From an uncultured Acidobacteriota bacterium (GTDB lineage: Bacteria > Acidobacteriota > Thermoanaerobaculia > UBA5066): DNA of 64,000 bases. Where the stretch lies: assembly GCA_963779415.1 (NCBI GenBank), contig CAVZYA010000001.1, forward strand, positions 1,056,001 to 1,120,000, read 5' to 3'. The notes beneath the pieces are model-generated. The model saw nothing but the letters and a program-made list of their open reading frames with translations, made no database searches and had not been told where the DNA came from. A program made the position numbers and the translations under genes. Below are positions 41,379 through 52,532 of this stretch, in pieces; position 1 is the stretch's first letter, and every line of letters begins with the position of its first letter.

Positions 41379-41466
41379 GTGACGCGACTCCTTAACTCGA
41401 ATTGATCTCGCTGTGTCGCGGCGCCCGTCCGGCCCGCGGAGCGCCGGAGTTTACCTCAGGTGCCGT

Positions 41467-43995
41467 CTAGAACGTGCTTCCGATGGTGAAGGTGAAGCTG
41501 GACTTCTGGTCCGAGCCGTTGCTGATCGGCTGGAAGCGCTGGTCGAGAGTCGTCACGGGGTTCAGCTTGATGGCATAGATGAAGCGGAGAGGGGCCTGGA
41601 AGATCGGGAGGAGAATCCGCGCCTCGAGGCCGTACGTCGCCCTCAGGTGGAGCGGCGTGAAGGCCTGCGTCTCGATCCAGGTGTTCCCCGCGTCGAAGAA
41701 AGCGGCGATCTTCAGGGGCCCGGCGATCGCGTGAACGTACTCGAAGTTGACGTAGTAGAACTTGTCCCCGCCGAGGAGGGCGCCGTCCGAGTCGAAGTAC
41801 GCCTGGTTCTTGTCGTTCAGCGGGATGATCGCTCCGAAGTCGTAGCCGCGGACGGAGCGGTCCCCGCCGAGCCGGAACCGATCGAAGATCGGAATGGCGT
41901 TCTGGTCGTAGGGCCGGATCCAGGAGCCTTCGATGTTGAACGCGAGATTCGACGAGCGGTCCAGCGGGATGTACCAGGTGAACGAGGCCGAGGGCCTGAA
42001 GTACGAATAGTTTCCGCCGAGCGGCCCGCCCGCCCAGGTCACGCTGAAGCCGTACCGTTTGCCGCGCGTCGCGTCGAACGGGTCGTTGCGGCTGTCGTAG
42101 CGGTAACCCGGCGTGAACGCCGACTCCGTTCCTGAGAACGTCGCGTAGGCGTTCGGGGCCAGGCCCGCTCCCGGGGGCGCCGGCGGCGGGTAGACGAGGT
42201 ACTGGCTGTTCGTGTCGTTGAAGCCGTAGGCGAAAGTGACGGAGTCCCAGAGGCCGAGGCCGATGCCGAGCGAGGCGCTCACCCCCTTCGTCTTCTGGTT
42301 CACGTCGAGGTACTCGACGCCCCGGTTGAAGACGGAGCCGCCGATCGACATCCGCTGGTCCATGAAATACGGCTCGGTGAAGGAGAGGTCGAGGAAGTTG
42401 GAGGTGGACCCCTTCTGGAACTGGACGCCGAGGATGTCGCCCCGGCCGAGGAAGTTCCGCGTGTTGAACTGGAACTGGCCGAAGAGTCCGTCGAGCTGCG
42501 AGTAGCCCGCCCCGAACTGGACCTCGTTGCGGTTCGTGTCGTTCCCCTTCACCGTGACGTCCACGGTCTTCAGATCGGGGTTGACGCGGAACTCGGGGTC
42601 TTCCTCGATCTTGAAGTAGCCGAGCTGGTTGACCTTCAGGAGCCCCTTCTTGAAGATCTCCATGTTCATCACGTCGCCCTCGAAGAGGGGTAGCTCGCGA
42701 CGAAGCACCTTGTCACGCGTCGTCTTGTTCCCCGAGAACTCGACGCGTCCCAGCCGGTACTGGTCCCCTTCCGTGATCCGGACCGTCACGTCCACGATGT
42801 GATTCGGCTTCTCCGTGAACTCCGGGTTTATGAACGCGTAGATGTAGCCGCGCCCCTGGTAGGCCTCGTTGAGGGTCTTGATTCCGTCCTCGAGGATCGT
42901 GCGCGAGAGGGGCTTCCCCGGCGTGTAGACGAAGAGCTTCTCGAGGTTGGCGCCGGGAAAGACGGTCGACCCTTCGACCTTCAGGGTCCCGAAGAAGAAG
43001 AGATCCCCCTCGACGATGGGGATCGTGACCCGGAGGCGGCGCTTGATCTTGTCGCGGAGCTTCTCCTTCGGGTTCACGACGTAGGTCTCGAGGATCGGAT
43101 CCTTGATGACGACGTTCTTGTAGCCCTTCCCCTGGTAGAGCTTCCGGAGGCTGTCCATGTCCTCGTCGAAGTTCGCCTGGTTGTAGACGGACTTGGAGTC
43201 GTAGAAGCGCCACCAGTGGTCGGTCGCCGTCTTCTTCATCGCGTTGCGGAGCGTCTGCTGGCCGAAGACCGTGTTGCCCGTGAAGTGGATCTGCTCGATC
43301 TTCAGCTTGTCGCCTTCGTCGATGAGGAAGACGATCCGCTTGGCGTTCTCGCCGGCCGGCTCGGTCGTCGCCTCGACGGCGACGGAGCGGAAGCCTTCCG
43401 CCTTGTAGGCGTCGGCGAGGACCGACTTGGCCTTGGAGATCTCGCGCAGGGAGATCGGCGAGCCGACCTTGATCTCCGCCTTCCCCTCCTTGAGCTTGTC
43501 CTTGAGCTGGGAGGTCGTCAGCTTCTTGTTCCCGCGAAACTCGAGGTCCGCGACGGTCGGCCGCTCGACGAAGACCGCGATGACCTTCACGCCGCCGGGA
43601 ACGTCCTCCTTTTCGAGCGACAGATCCTCGAAGAGGCCCGAGTCCCAGAGGCGTCCGAAGTTCCGGCGGAGGAGGGTCGGGTCATACGGGTCCCCGACCT
43701 TGACGCCGAGGTAGAAGCCGATCGTCTCCGGCGTGACCGTCTTTCCCCCCTTCGCGGCGATCTCGACGATCTTCGGCCCCGCCGCCGGTTCCGCCCGGGA
43801 TGTCCCGAGAACGGGCGCCGGCACGGCGCCCGAGAGCGGCGAAGGGGGCGGCGTCGGTGCGAGCGACGGGGGCGGCTGCTGCGCCCGGAGCGGAGAGGCG
43901 AGCGCGAGGAAGAGCGTGGCGAGAACCGCCCCCCCGCCGGAGCGTGGCCGGACGGGCCCGCCCGCACGCGAGATGGGCACTCCGAAGCCCCTCAC
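41467..43995 (-). CDS. bamA: Outer membrane protein assembly factor BamA
   Basis: POTRA repeats (GN..T.D.VLRREL, Y...GY), barrel motifs NFLGRG and SVRGY, and a C-terminal Phe (FTIGSTF). Start is approximate. Confidence 0.95.
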   Translation of the reverse strand: MRGFGVPISRAGGPVRPRSGGGAVLATLFLALASPLRAQQPPPSLAPTPPPSPLSGAVPAPVLGTSRAEPAAGPKIVEIAAKGGKTVTPETIGFYLGVKVGDPYDPTLLRRNFGRLWDSGLFEDLSLEKEDVPGGVKVIAVFVERPTVADLEFRGNKKLTTSQLKDKLKEGKAEIKVGSPISLREISKAKSVLADAYKAEGFRSVAVEATTEPAGENAKRIVFLIDEGDKLKIEQIHFTGNTVFGQQTLRNAMKKTATDHWWRFYDSKSVYNQANFDEDMDSLRKLYQGKGYKNVVIKDPILETYVVNPKEKLRDKIKRRLRVTIPIVEGDLFFFGTLKVEGSTVFPGANLEKLFVYTPGKPLSRTILEDGIKTLNEAYQGRGYIYAFINPEFTEKPNHIVDVTVRITEGDQYRLGRVEFSGNKTTRDKVLRRELPLFEGDVMNMEIFKKGLLKVNQLGYFKIEEDPEFRVNPDLKTVDVTVKGNDTNRNEVQFGAGYSQLDGLFGQFQFNTRNFLGRGDILGVQFQKGSTSNFLDLSFTEPYFMDQRMSIGGSVFNRGVEYLDVNQKTKGVSASLGIGLGLWDSVTFAYGFNDTNSQYLVYPPPAPPGAGLAPNAYATFSGTESAFTPGYRYDSRNDPFDATRGKRYGFSVTWAGGPLGGNYSYFRPSASFTWYIPLDRSSNLAFNIEGSWIRPYDQNAIPIFDRFRLGGDRSVRGYDFGAIIPLNDKNQAYFDSDGALLGGDKFYYVNFEYVHAIAGPLKIAAFFDAGNTWIETQAFTPLHLRATYGLEARILLPIFQAPLRFIYAIKLNPVTTLDQRFQPISNGSDQKSSFTFTIGSTF

Positions 43996-44000
43996 CCCGG

Positions 44001-46427
44001 TTACCGGCCCGTCTCCACCGGCTCGGCCACGCGGGTCCGGACCCGGAGCTCGTCCCCTTCTACGGTCACTTCGACGCATTCGATCGGTACCGCGGACGAG
44101 ATGAGCAATTCCGAGACCGCATCCTCGACGTGACGCTGGATCGTCCGGCGGAGAGGCCTCGCCCCCGAGTGGACGTCGTGGCCCGACGCCTTCAGGAGCC
44201 AGTCCACGGCCGCTTCGTCCGCGACGAGAGAGAGGCCCCGGTGCTTCAGAGTCGCGGCCACGTCGTCGAGGAGGAGCCTTCCGATCGCGCGAAGGTCCTC
44301 GAGTCCGAGGGGGTTGAAGACGATGACCTCGTCGAGCCGGTTCGTGAACTCGGGCGAGAACTCCCGGCGCAGCTCCTTGAGAACGAGCTCCTCCACCTCA
44401 CGCCGCGCCATCGCCCCTTTCCCCTCGCCGAAGCCGACCTTCGCCTGCGTGACGAGGAACTTCGTCCCGAGGTTCGAGGTCATGATGATGAGGGTGTTCT
44501 TGAAGTCGACGACGTTTCCGTAGGCGTCGGTGAGCTGGCCGTCCTCGAGGATCTGAAGGAGGAGGTTCGCGATGTCGGGGTGCGCCTTCTCGATCTCGTC
44601 GAGGAGGATGACCGAGTAGGGCTGGCGGCGGATCCGTTCCGTCATCTGCCCCCCCTCCTCGTGGCCGACGTAGCCCGGGGGCGAGCCGATGAGCTTGGAG
44701 ACCGCGTGCTTCTCCATGTACTCCGACATGTCGAAGCGGACGAGCGAGCGCGGGTTGTCGAAGAGGAACTCGGCGAGGCGCCGGGCGACCTCGGTCTTTC
44801 CGACCCCGGAAGGTCCGAGGAAGATGAAAGATCCGGTCGGCCGGTTCGGGTTCTTCACGCCGAGGCGCGAGCGCCGGATGGCGCGGCTGATCGCCTCGAT
44901 GGCGGCATCCTGCCCGATGACCCGCTTCTTCAGGGTCGTCTCCATCTGGCGGAGCTTCTGGGCTTCCTCCACGTGGAGAGACGTGACCGGTATCCCGGTC
45001 CAGCTGGAGATGATCTCCTCGACGTCCGCGCGGGTGACGTCGGCGGTCTCGCTCTCGTCCGTCGAGAGGGCCTTCGTCCGCTCCATCTCCTCCTTGATCT
45101 CGATCTCGCGCTCGCGAAGGAAGACGGCGCGCTCGAAGTCCTTCTCCGAGATCGCCTTCTTCATCTCCTTGACGATCTGCTTGACCTCGTTCTCCAGCCG
45201 CCGGAGGTTCTGCGTGTCGGCGGTCTTCCGGAGCTTCACTTTCGCGCCGGCCTCGTCGAGGATGTCGATCGCCTTGTCCGGGAAGAAGCGGTCGGGAATG
45301 TAGCGGTTCGCCTGGTAGACCGCCGTCTTGATCGCCTCGTCGGTGTATCTCACCCGGTGGAACTTCTCGTAGCGCTCCCGGACACCGTCCAGGATCTGCA
45401 GCGTCTCCGCCTCGCTCGGCGGGGCGACCATGATCGCCTGGAAGCGGCGGAGGAGCGAGCGGTCCTTCTCGATGTACTTCCGGTACTCCTTGAGAGTCGT
45501 CGCCCCGATACAGGAGATCTCGCCGCGCGACAGGGCGGGCTTGAGGATGTTCGCCGCGTCGAGCGACCCCTCGGCCGAGCCGGCGCCGATCAGGGAGTGG
45601 ATCTCGTCGATGAAGACGATGAGGTCCTGGTTCTCCTTCAGCTCCTTGAGAATCCCCTTCAGCCGCTCCTCGAACTGGCCGCGGTACTTCGTCCCCGCCA
45701 CGATGAGCGAGAGGTCGAGGGCGAGGATCTTCCGGTTCGCGAGAAAGAGGGGGACGCTCCCTTCGACGATCCGCTGCGCGAGCCCCTCCACGATGGCCGT
45801 CTTCCCCACGCCCGGCTCGCCGAGGAGGATCGGGTTGTTCTTGGTCCGGCGCGAGAGGATCTGGATGATCCGCTCGACCTCCACCTCGCGTCCGACGAGG
45901 GGGTCGAAGGAGCCCTGCGCGGCGAGAGCCGTCAGGTCGCGTGCGTACTCGGCGAGGAACGGAAGCTCCTTCTTCTGCTTCGACGCCTCGCGCTCCTTGA
46001 TGAGCGAGATCGTCTCCTCGCGCACCCCGTAGAGGTTGAAGCCGTGGGAGACGAGGATCCGGCTCGCGACGGACGGGTCGACGCGGAGGATCCCGATCAG
46101 GAGGTGCTCCGTGCCGACGTAGGGGTGCATCATCGACTCCGCCTCGTGGGAGGCGTAGGCGAGGATCTTCTTCGACTCCTCGGAGAGCGGAAGCTCCTGC
46201 GTCGAGGAGACCCGCTCCACGAAGACTCGATCCCCCTCGATCTCCCGACGGATGTCTTCGGGCTTGACGCTGAAGCGGGAAAAGATCTCCTTGACGACCT
46301 CTTCCCCCTCCCGAAGGATGCCGAGGAGGATGTGCTCGGACTCGATGACCTTCGAGCCGAGTTTCGACGACTCGTAGCGGGCGAAGAAGAGGGCGCGGCG
46401 CGCCTTTTCGTTGTACTTTTCGAACAT
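44001..46427 (-). CDS. clpC: ClpC-type Clp protease ATPase subunit
   Basis: MFEKY, two Clp-N repeats (EHILLG/EHLLIG), NBD1 GEPGVGKT, UVR-like middle domain (DFERA..LR..E), NBD2 GPSGVGKT, pore loop GYVG and ClpP-binding VGF. Confidence 0.92.
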   Translation of the reverse strand: MFEKYNEKARRALFFARYESSKLGSKVIESEHILLGILREGEEVVKEIFSRFSVKPEDIRREIEGDRVFVERVSSTQELPLSEESKKILAYASHEAESMMHPYVGTEHLLIGILRVDPSVASRILVSHGFNLYGVREETISLIKEREASKQKKELPFLAEYARDLTALAAQGSFDPLVGREVEVERIIQILSRRTKNNPILLGEPGVGKTAIVEGLAQRIVEGSVPLFLANRKILALDLSLIVAGTKYRGQFEERLKGILKELKENQDLIVFIDEIHSLIGAGSAEGSLDAANILKPALSRGEISCIGATTLKEYRKYIEKDRSLLRRFQAIMVAPPSEAETLQILDGVRERYEKFHRVRYTDEAIKTAVYQANRYIPDRFFPDKAIDILDEAGAKVKLRKTADTQNLRRLENEVKQIVKEMKKAISEKDFERAVFLREREIEIKEEMERTKALSTDESETADVTRADVEEIISSWTGIPVTSLHVEEAQKLRQMETTLKKRVIGQDAAIEAISRAIRRSRLGVKNPNRPTGSFIFLGPSGVGKTEVARRLAEFLFDNPRSLVRFDMSEYMEKHAVSKLIGSPPGYVGHEEGGQMTERIRRQPYSVILLDEIEKAHPDIANLLLQILEDGQLTDAYGNVVDFKNTLIIMTSNLGTKFLVTQAKVGFGEGKGAMARREVEELVLKELRREFSPEFTNRLDEVIVFNPLGLEDLRAIGRLLLDDVAATLKHRGLSLVADEAAVDWLLKASGHDVHSGARPLRRTIQRHVEDAVSELLISSAVPIECVEVTVEGDELRVRTRVAEPVETGR

Positions 46428-46429
46428 CG

Positions 46430-47116
46430 TCAGTCGCCGGCCAACCCGTTCGGGGTCAACAATTTCATCGTAGCACAGCGCTTCGCCCACTCCGGGTCGT
46501 GCGTGACGATGACAGCGGCCCCGGCCCGCTCCCTGGCGACCTCCATGAGGAGCCCGAAAACGGAGGCCGCGTGCGCCGCGTCGAGGCTTCCGGTCGGCTC
46601 GTCGCAGAGGAGGAGCCGTGGACGCCGGACGACCGCCCTCGCAATGGCGACGCGCTGGCGCTCGCCGCCGGAGAGGGTCCGCGGGAAGGAGGCCGCCCGC
46701 GCGGCGAGGCCGACCCGATCGAGGACCTCGCGGGCCGCCATCCGGGCCTCGGCCTCGGCCATCCCCGCGAGGAAGAGCGGGAGAGCCGCGTTCTCTTCCG
46801 CCGAAAGCTCCGGGAGGAGATGGTGAAACTGGAAGACGAAGCCGATCGCCTCGCCGCGGAGCACGGCCCGGCGCTCGGGCGTCAGGCCCGCCCACGCGTG
46901 GCCTCCGACCTCGACCGTCCCGGCGTCGGGCTCCTCGAGCCCGGCGAAGAGATGGAGGAGCGTCGACTTTCCGCAGCCCGAAGGCCCGGTCACGGCGACG
47001 AGGTCTCCGGAGCGCAGGTCGAGCGAGACGCCGTGGAAGATCTCGACGCGGGCCTCCCCGTCGCCGTACCCCTTCGAGAGGGAGCGCGCGGAGAGGAGGG
47101 GCGCCTCAGAGGCCAC
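46430..47116 (-). CDS. lolD: Lipoprotein-releasing ABC ATPase (LolD-like)
   Basis: GPSGCGKST, GFVFQFHHLLPE (LolD motif), LSGGERQR and DEPTGSLD. Confidence 0.85.
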   Translation of the reverse strand: MASEAPLLSARSLSKGYGDGEARVEIFHGVSLDLRSGDLVAVTGPSGCGKSTLLHLFAGLEEPDAGTVEVGGHAWAGLTPERRAVLRGEAIGFVFQFHHLLPELSAEENAALPLFLAGMAEAEARMAAREVLDRVGLAARAASFPRTLSGGERQRVAIARAVVRRPRLLLCDEPTGSLDAAHAASVFGLLMEVARERAGAAVIVTHDPEWAKRCATMKLLTPNGLAGD

Positions 47117-48247
47117 GGAGCGCCTCCGCGACGGGCCGCCGGGCGGCCATCCTCGCCGGAAGGGCCGCCACCGCGATCGACCAGAGGACCGACAGGACGA
47201 CGACGGCCAGAAGCTCGGACGGCTCGACCCGGAACGGGACGTGGGCGAGGGAGTAGAGCCGGGCGGGAAGCGGGATCGCCCGCGTCGCCTCGAGGACGAG
47301 GGCGGCCGCCGTACCGATCAGCGCCCCCGCGGCCGTCCCGAGAACGCCGACGCCGGCGCCCGCGGCGAGGAAGATCCGCGCGACCGTCCGCGGCGGCGCG
47401 CCGAGGACGGCCAGGATCGCCGCGTCGGAGGCCCGCGTCGCCGCGAGGACGGCCGAGGTCGCGGCGAGGTTGAGCCCGGCCACGATGACGATCAGGAAGA
47501 CCGTCGCGAAGAGAACCGTCCTCTCGAGCCTCAAGGCCAGGACGAGCGACCGGTTCGCGTCCTCCCAGGTCGCGACGGCGACGCCCGGGCCGAGCGCCGC
47601 CGCGACGGCCCGCGCCGCCCGGGCCGCGCCCTCCGGATCGGCGAGAGTGACCTCGTAGCCGCCCGCGCCCCCTTCCGGAATCGCGAAGAGGCGGCGGGCC
47701 GCCGCGAGAGGCACGATCGCCTCCGGCTCGCGCCGTCCGGTGGAGGAAGCGGTCACCCGCTCGATCGGCATCGAGACGGCGATCGGGACGGGTCCGAGCG
47801 GCGAGAGGCGCGTCCGCGACGAGACGACGGTCGCCTCGTCGCCGGCGACGGCGCCGAGCGGGCGCGCCTGCGAAAGCTCGAGGACGAGCCCCTTCGCGTC
47901 GCCGCGCCCCACCGCGGCCACGGGCGCGGTCCGCCCGGCCACGCTGACCCAGAGGCGCCCGCGCACCATCGGCGTGGCCGCCGTGACGCCGGGAATCGCC
48001 AGCAGCCGCTCCGCGAGACGCTCTTCGGCGCCGAAGGCGTCGCGCCCGGCCGGGGTGACCGTCAGGTGAGGCGTCTCCGCGAGGAGCCGCGAGCGGATGT
48101 GCGTCTGGAATCCGGAGAGGAGGGCGAGCGAGACGACGAGCGCGGCGACCCCGAGCGTCAGTCCCAGCAAGGCCGCGAGCGCCACGACCCCCACCTGCGC
48201 CTCCTTCCGGGAGGCGAGGAGGTAGCGCCGGGCGAGAAGCCTCGCGA

Positions 48248-48251
<4 letters not shown>
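47106..48251 (-). CDS. Lipoprotein-releasing ABC permease (LolC/E/F-like)
   Basis: [30 protein letters not shown] and four-TM topology; lies between lysS and lolD. Confidence 0.82.
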
Positions 48252-49868
<1,617 letters not shown>

Positions 49869-49903
49869 CGCGCCGGATTAAAACACCGATGCCACTATCC
49901 CCC

Positions 49904-51526
49904 CTATCCCCCTAGTGCGTTATGCAGCAGCCAGAGCCCCGTATAGGCGCGGAGGTGCCGGAAGCGCGAGCGGGTGAGCTGCAGGTGGCGTTCGGAGTCG
50001 CCCCGGGCGCTGGCATCCATGAGCGCGGTCCGGAACCGCCAGTCGACGTCCTGCGCGTGCGCGAGGCACTTCGCCGCGACCGCGAGCGTCGAGGAGCTCG
50101 CGATCGCGGCGGACTGCGGGGCGAGAAGGCCCCGCAGCTCCGCGGCCTCCTCGTCCATCCGGAGACGAAGCGTCGCCGCGTTGAAGAGAAGCCGGGCCAG
50201 AGGATCGGGCTTCCGCGACGGTGTCTCGTCCCGGTGGGCGAGCGCGAGGGCGGCCTGCCACTCCCACGGCTCGAGCCGAAGCCTCTGGAGAGTCTCGCCC
50301 GAGGCGGCGCGTCCGGCTCCCGGACCGTGCCCCATCAGGTCGGCCGACTGGAGGATCTTCGACGCGGACCCGCGCGTCAGCTCGTCGTCTTCCGCGTTCC
50401 ACGCCGACTCGGGAGTGGTCCCGGCCGCGGCCGGCGCGACGGAACCCGGAACGGGAGTCTTCCCGGGGGTCGCTGGCCGCGCGGAAGCGATCGACCTTCC
50501 GGAGGCGCTCGACCCGAAGGTCATGTCGAAGTCGGCCGCCGAGGACGGCTCGACGAGAAGGAGGATCCGGTGGATCGCCTCTTTCAGCCGGCGCACCTCG
50601 CGAGGACGGACACCGCGCCGCCGCGCCTGCTTCTCGAACTCGTCCCGCTCGCGCCGGAACCTCCGGAAATCGGTCTCGAACTGCTCCGTCCGGTACCGGG
50701 GATCCCGCGACAGATCGGCCTCGAGGTCGAGGAGGTGCCGGGAGGTCGAAAGGATCCGCTCCTCCTCCTTCCGGTAGAGCGCCTGGAACTTCCGCTTGGC
50801 CGCCACGTTCGAGGCGAGGAGCGACTGCAGCACCTCGGCGCTGTAGAAGACGTTTCCCATCCGGCGCTTCAGCGTCCGGATGTTCTCGAGGGGCTTCTTG
50901 CGGATCAGGTCCTCGAAGCGCTCGCACACCTCGATGTCCTTCCGGAGGACCTCGAGGAGGGAGAGGACGAGCTGCACCTCCGCCGGATCGGCGGCGTCGC
51001 GCCGCGTGAGCGAGAGGAAGGTCGCGCAGAGGCTCGCCAGCTCTTCGGCGGGCTTCAGCTCGAGCCCGCCGTCCGGGAGGCGCCGCGTCCCGGCGCGCGT
51101 CAGGAGGAAGTCGACCTTGTCGAGGTCGTCGGGCGCGAGCTGCCGCGCGTAGAAGTAATACCTCAGCAGCGGGACGATCTCCGCCTCCGAATCCCGTCCC
51201 GACTTCTCGAAGAACTGCCGGAGAACGTGGGGCGCGACCTTCCGGTCCTCGAGGAGGAGCGCCGCGTGGAGGCCGTCCACGGCGACATCCAGCCGCTTGA
51301 CCTCGGCGAGCCGCGCGTCGGCCGGCGCCGTCTCGCGCGAGGCCTTCACCTTCTTGATCTCCTCGTAGATCGGCGGAAAGCTCGCCGCGACACCGGCCAC
51401 CTCGCCCGACGGAAGGACCGCCGACAGCTCCTGCAGGAACTGCTGGAAAACCCAGAGCGTACGGAACTTCTCCGTCAGGCGCTGGTAGGACGCGCGAAAC
51501 TCGGTTTCCGCTGCCGCGGGATCCAC
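49904..51526 (-). CDS. Hypothetical all-helical cytoplasmic protein (540 aa)
   Basis: Long ORF with normal codon bias filling the gap between hpt and lysS. No motif recognised, and no TM or signal segment. Confidence 0.75.
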   Translation of the reverse strand: MDPAAAETEFRASYQRLTEKFRTLWVFQQFLQELSAVLPSGEVAGVAASFPPIYEEIKKVKASRETAPADARLAEVKRLDVAVDGLHAALLLEDRKVAPHVLRQFFEKSGRDSEAEIVPLLRYYFYARQLAPDDLDKVDFLLTRAGTRRLPDGGLELKPAEELASLCATFLSLTRRDAADPAEVQLVLSLLEVLRKDIEVCERFEDLIRKKPLENIRTLKRRMGNVFYSAEVLQSLLASNVAAKRKFQALYRKEEERILSTSRHLLDLEADLSRDPRYRTEQFETDFRRFRRERDEFEKQARRRGVRPREVRRLKEAIHRILLLVEPSSAADFDMTFGSSASGRSIASARPATPGKTPVPGSVAPAAAGTTPESAWNAEDDELTRGSASKILQSADLMGHGPGAGRAASGETLQRLRLEPWEWQAALALAHRDETPSRKPDPLARLLFNAATLRLRMDEEAAELRGLLAPQSAAIASSSTLAVAAKCLAHAQDVDWRFRTALMDASARGDSERHLQLTRSRFRHLRAYTGLWLLHNALGG

Positions 51527-51544
51527 GGCTTAGAATTATGCCTC

Positions 51545-52063
51545 GTGATCGACCGTGTTCTCCTAGATGAGGCAAAGATCGCCGCGCGCCTCGACTCCCT
51601 GGCGGGCGAGATCGACGCCGCCTATGCCGGGGGGGAGATCCGGGCGGTCGGCATCCTGAAGGGCTCCGTCTTCTTTCTCACGGACCTCCTGAAGCGCCTG
51701 CGGAGCCCTGTGAGCCTGGACTTCATCCAGGTCCGGTCGTACGCGGGGACCGAATCGTCGGGGAACATCCAGCTCGTCCACGACCTCTCGATGGACATCG
51801 AAGGGAAGGACGTCCTCCTCTTCGAGGACGTCGTGGACACCGGCCGGACGCTCCGGCGGATGATGGAGATTCTCTCGGCGCGCCACCCGCGCTCTCTCCG
51901 GATCGCCGCCCTCATGAAGAAGAAGCTCCCGGAGAACAGGGATCTCCCGGTCGACTATCTCGGCTTCACGATCGGGGCCGAATTCGTCGTCGGCTACGGA
52001 CTCGACCTCGACGAGAAGTATCGCAACCTCCCTTACGTGGCCGTCTGGAATCCGCATTCATGA
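51545..52063 (+). CDS. hpt: Hypoxanthine phosphoribosyltransferase
   Basis: GILKGS..F..DL, PRPP motif VLLFEDVVDTGRTL and FVVGYGLD....RNLP. Confidence 0.95.
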   Translation: MIDRVLLDEAKIAARLDSLAGEIDAAYAGGEIRAVGILKGSVFFLTDLLKRLRSPVSLDFIQVRSYAGTESSGNIQLVHDLSMDIEGKDVLLFEDVVDTGRTLRRMMEILSARHPRSLRIAALMKKKLPENRDLPVDYLGFTIGAEFVVGYGLDLDEKYRNLPYVAVWNPHS

Positions 52064-52065
52064 TC

Positions 52066-52094
52066 CCGGGGGAACCCGCGTCGGGTTCCCCCGG
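52066..52094. repeat. Perfect 13-bp hairpin (REP-like or terminator-like)
   Basis: CCGGGGGAACCCG-CGT-CGGGTTCCCCCGG just after the hpt stop, followed by a C-rich tail rather than a U-tract. Confidence 0.7.
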
Positions 52095-52145
52095 ACCCCC
52101 TCCTCACGCCACTCCTCCTCATCACGCATCCGGGAGCGCCTGAAC

Positions 52146-52529
52146 ATGAAGCTCGAGACCATCGCAGTCCCCGATGCCCCGAAAGCCATCGGCCCTTACG
52201 CGCAGGCCGTGAAGGTCGGGAACCTCCTCTACACCGCCGGCCAGATCCCGCTCGACCCCGCGACGATGAAGCTCGTCGAGGGAGAGATCGCCGTGCAGAC
52301 GGCGCGCGTTCTCTCGAACCTCGAGGCGATCCTCCGGGGCGCCGGCGCCACCCTCGCCGACGTCGTCAAGACGACGGTCTTCCTCGCCGACATGAAGGAC
52401 TTCGCGGCGATGAACGAGGTCTACGCCGCGCGCTTCGGAGCGCACCGGCCGGCGCGGTCGACCGTGCAGGTCGCCGCGCTTCCGGCCGGCGCGAGGATCG
52501 AGATCGAGGTCGTCGCGAGCGTCCGCTAG
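52146..52529 (+). CDS. ridA: RidA/YjgF enamine-imine deaminase
   Basis: APKAIGPY.QA, GQIPLDP, MNEVY...F, catalytic PARS and IEIE. Confidence 0.92.
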   Translation: MKLETIAVPDAPKAIGPYAQAVKVGNLLYTAGQIPLDPATMKLVEGEIAVQTARVLSNLEAILRGAGATLADVVKTTVFLADMKDFAAMNEVYAARFGAHRPARSTVQVAALPAGARIEIEVVASVR

Positions 52530-52532
52530 CCC

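Noticed and set aside
43800-46826. Long antisense and alternate-frame ORFs, here and throughout the window
   Set aside because: Expected at this GC content, where stops are rare. They mirror real genes and carry no motifs.
49922-52063. 713-aa ORF ending in an Hpt domain
   Set aside because: The first ~540 codons are the antisense shadow of the minus-strand gene. hpt has its own -10 and GTG at 51545.
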